Below are positions 33,401-35,579 of a DNA stretch of 35,579 bases, piece after piece. The notes under the pieces are model-generated. The model was not told the origin of the DNA, did not search any database, and was given only the letters and a program-made list of their open reading frames with translations. Location: the NCBI GenBank assembly GCA_043228905.1, contig JBHGNT010000314.1:1-35579 (forward strand), written 5' to 3'. This stretch comes from Azolla caroliniana (taxonomy: Eukaryota; Plantae; Polypodiophyta). Made by a program: the position numbers and the translations under genes. Every line of letters begins with the position of its first letter. Position 1 is the first letter of the stretch.

Positions 33401-34569
33401 TTTTCAAATTTTATTGTTTCAAATTTTCAATGGGTTTTAGATTAGTTTTCTGACACAGGTATATAATATAAAACTTACATCAATTTAGATTAACGTTATA
33501 TTCTATTCTTCAGTTTGATGTTACCTGTGCAATTTCATTCTACTGTCATGTACTACTAAAACATATGCCTTAAAGATTATCAGGAACTCTGTTGCATTAG
33601 AGAAGGACCTTGAGCAAGTTAATGTCATCAAAATGAGGATCCAAGGTATCTGGGGTTGTCCTGATCAAGACCAAGAAGTTGGGGCAAAGCATATCAATAA
33701 AACTTAGATGTTCCAGATGACTTTTAGAAAACTTGTGGAACTATAGATGAAGACGCAGGGCAACTTGTTGAATTAGAAGACGTTTCAGAGTCTGAACATA
33801 CTAACAATTCAACTTAGCGTACTGACGAAGCCAATGAGGACAATCCTGATGAAAGAGCTAATCCTGAGTAGACGGCTTTACCAGACTTATTATTCGATTG
33901 AATGGTTATGGCTTATTGTAAATTTTGAACAATATGAATTGTTAAATTTTGACGTAATATATATGTTGAGCTTACTTATAATTTTCGTGTAACAATCATT
34001 GAACTTAGAAATTAAGTATACTTGTATGTGTACATGTTATCTAAACTCTCCTTTATCATTTGGGGTATATCGGAGATAAGTTTATACTCTATCATTTACT
34101 CGTATGATTGGAATGTTATTGTAGACTAGTTTATTTATACATTGACAATGTCATGTATCACGTGTCAATGGAAATTTTCTGTAGACATAGTAGTATCTCT
34201 TAATTGCAAGGTTCACAATTTGCTTTAAGATGTATTATATTTAAATATACACACATAATTAGAAGAAGTCACTTATTCAATGGGGCATGCTTTTTAGAAT
34301 ATGCACAAGGATCCGTGTTACTATTATACTTGTGTTGACAAATACACCCCTGTCTAAGATTTGGACAAAAACATGGTAGATAGAATATACGTCGGATGAT
34401 TTTGTTGACGTGATATTAGTTAGTTCTTTTTTTCGCTATGTTTTCATAAACCACATACACATGCGTCGTGCCTTGTTGAAATTCTGCTTAAATAAGGCAT
34501 TTTTTAACATCTCACTAAGATATGAAAAAGAGAATGCGACATATTACCTGTTTCAAATGACACGGTGTT
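30474..34569. mobile_element. Non-autonomous TIR DNA transposon, 4.1 kb, TTAA-flanked, superfamily unassigned
   Basis: ~37 bp TIRs: AACACCTGGACATTTGAAACAGGTAATATGTCGCATT (30474-30510) and its near-perfect reverse complement (34533-34569). TTAA lies at 30470-30473 and 34570-34573. Removal restores the D-V-K-T codons of F's RT. Confidence 0.9.
31240..33390. repeat. Array of ~18 palindromic ~50 bp units separated by AT-rich spacers
   Basis: Consensus GGATTTTCAACGGAAATCCGATGCA(G/C)TGCATCGGATTTCCGTTGAAA(A/G)TCC. Clear copies near 31557, 31703, 31852, 32316, 32477, 32630, 32692, 32748, 32925 and 33337; more degenerate ones towards the edges. Confidence 0.9.
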
Positions 34570-34821
34570 TTAACATCTAATTGAATAAGCTCCAAATCTT
34601 TGGCTGCCACAATGCCATGCAAAATCTGAAGGGTGGTCATTTTCACCACTAGTGAGAAGATCTTGTCATAGTCGACAAGATCTTGTCGTAGTCGACACCA
34701 TATTCTTGCCGGAAACCCTTCACTACTAGTGTGGCTTTGAATTTGGGACTAGCTCAATTGGACATTTCTTTTAGCCGATAGATCCATTTGCAAGGGAGAG
34801 CACGTCGATTTGTTCATAGTT

Positions 34822-35091
34822 TGTTGAGAGGCAAGCTCAACATGCGCCGATCAACTAAATAAGCCTACAACTGGGTCGGCCTCGGGAAAGACTGGTGGGT
34901 TGTTGAGGCCTTCATCCCTAGTCTTAGTACTAGGAATATTTTAGGCAGTTAGTGTCGTGGTCTTTTTATGAGCAATCAAGTACTCACTGTACTTGTGTCA
35001 GCCCACTATCAGGGCTTGTATAAAAGTTCTTGTGAGCACACTTGTATGTACAAAGCGTATTATTTTCAAATCTGAGTTTTGTCTTTTGCGC
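34822..35091 (+). mobile_element. B-related copia LTR (partial), interrupting F
   Basis: Starts tgttgagaggcaagctcaaca. Contains caagtact..tacttgtgtcagc..ggcttgtataaaag..tgagcac..tattttcaaatctgagtttt, as in the B LTR. Confidence 0.8.
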
Positions 35092-35579
35092 TGTCGTGAA
35101 GATCCGTCACTACGCGCGGATCGTGAGGTAGAACAGCCGGGGTTCTGGACCGGAAGGATTCAAAGTCGGTACAAGCTTTGGCTAGAAAGTACTTAAGATA
35201 GATTGGGAAAGAGAGAAGTTGAGATTAAATGATTGAGAGAGATTGATTGAACTTTTATCTTTGGATTTAAGAAACAAGTTACACCATCAATTTGATAACG
35301 AATTTCTTCTTCTTAATTTCATAACAAAAAAAACGTGTTTTTTCTCCTCCCACTTCCTTCTTTTATAGATGCTCTCATGCATATGATGCATGTGAGGGTA
35401 CAAGACACGCATAAATTGCATGTTTGCCATTTGGCACTTATGTATTACATGTGGTGCATGATAACCATGTCACTCATTTTAGCTCTCATGTACGAGAATT
35501 TACATGTAAAAGTACAATGATAGAAATATAAATTCAACTAAATGGCATGGCTTAATGGTAAGCCAATTGACTCCTAACT
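35092..35579 (+). mobile_element. Start of an E-like LTR inserted in the B-related LTR
   Basis: B-LTR similarity ends abruptly at TGTCGTGAAGATCCGTCACTA, which resembles the terminus at 28538. Confidence 0.45.

Larger units (their letters stand above)
29390..34821 (-). pseudogene. Old copia RT/RNase H remnant (element F), split by the TIR element
   Basis: 34574-34821 reads FKATLVVKGFRQEYGVDYDKI..VVKMTT..LIQLDV and continues at 30469 with KTNFVHSDLKEEI, then YAPTIGSLMYTMVTTRPNIAY, YTNSDF..RKSTTEY, ISTADNVVD. A 20 bp tandem duplication sits at 34657-34696. Confidence 0.88.

Overview
Eukaryotic land-plant genomic DNA; a fern or other seed-free plant is my guess from TE style only. There is one host gene: a two-exon Bet v 1/PR-10/MLP (SRPBCC-fold) gene on the minus strand (3207-3024 and 1731-1442, 157 aa). 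The rest is a dense transposon pile-up. From ~5.1 to 26.9 kb it is a five-layer nest. (A) An old Gypsy-like gag/protease relic. (B) Inside A, a decayed Ty1/copia element (7741-25844, TSD ATACA, LTRs ~8% diverged). (C) Inside B, a young ORF-intact Tnt1-like copia (9966-22322, TSD TGCCG). (LINE) Inside C's 3' LTR, a 5'-truncated RTE/RTEX-like LINE (15083-22033). (D) Inside the LINE, a second ORF-intact copia of C's family in opposite orientation (16003-20946), with no TSD and a rearranged 3' LTR. C and D form a ~4.1 kb inverted repeat and both have broken 3' LTRs. The right part holds older copia/gypsy relics and a 4.1 kb TIR element (30474-34569, TTAA-flanked). That element has no recognisable transposase, and its centre is an array of ~18 copies of a ~50 bp palindrome. 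All counts and identities are by eye.
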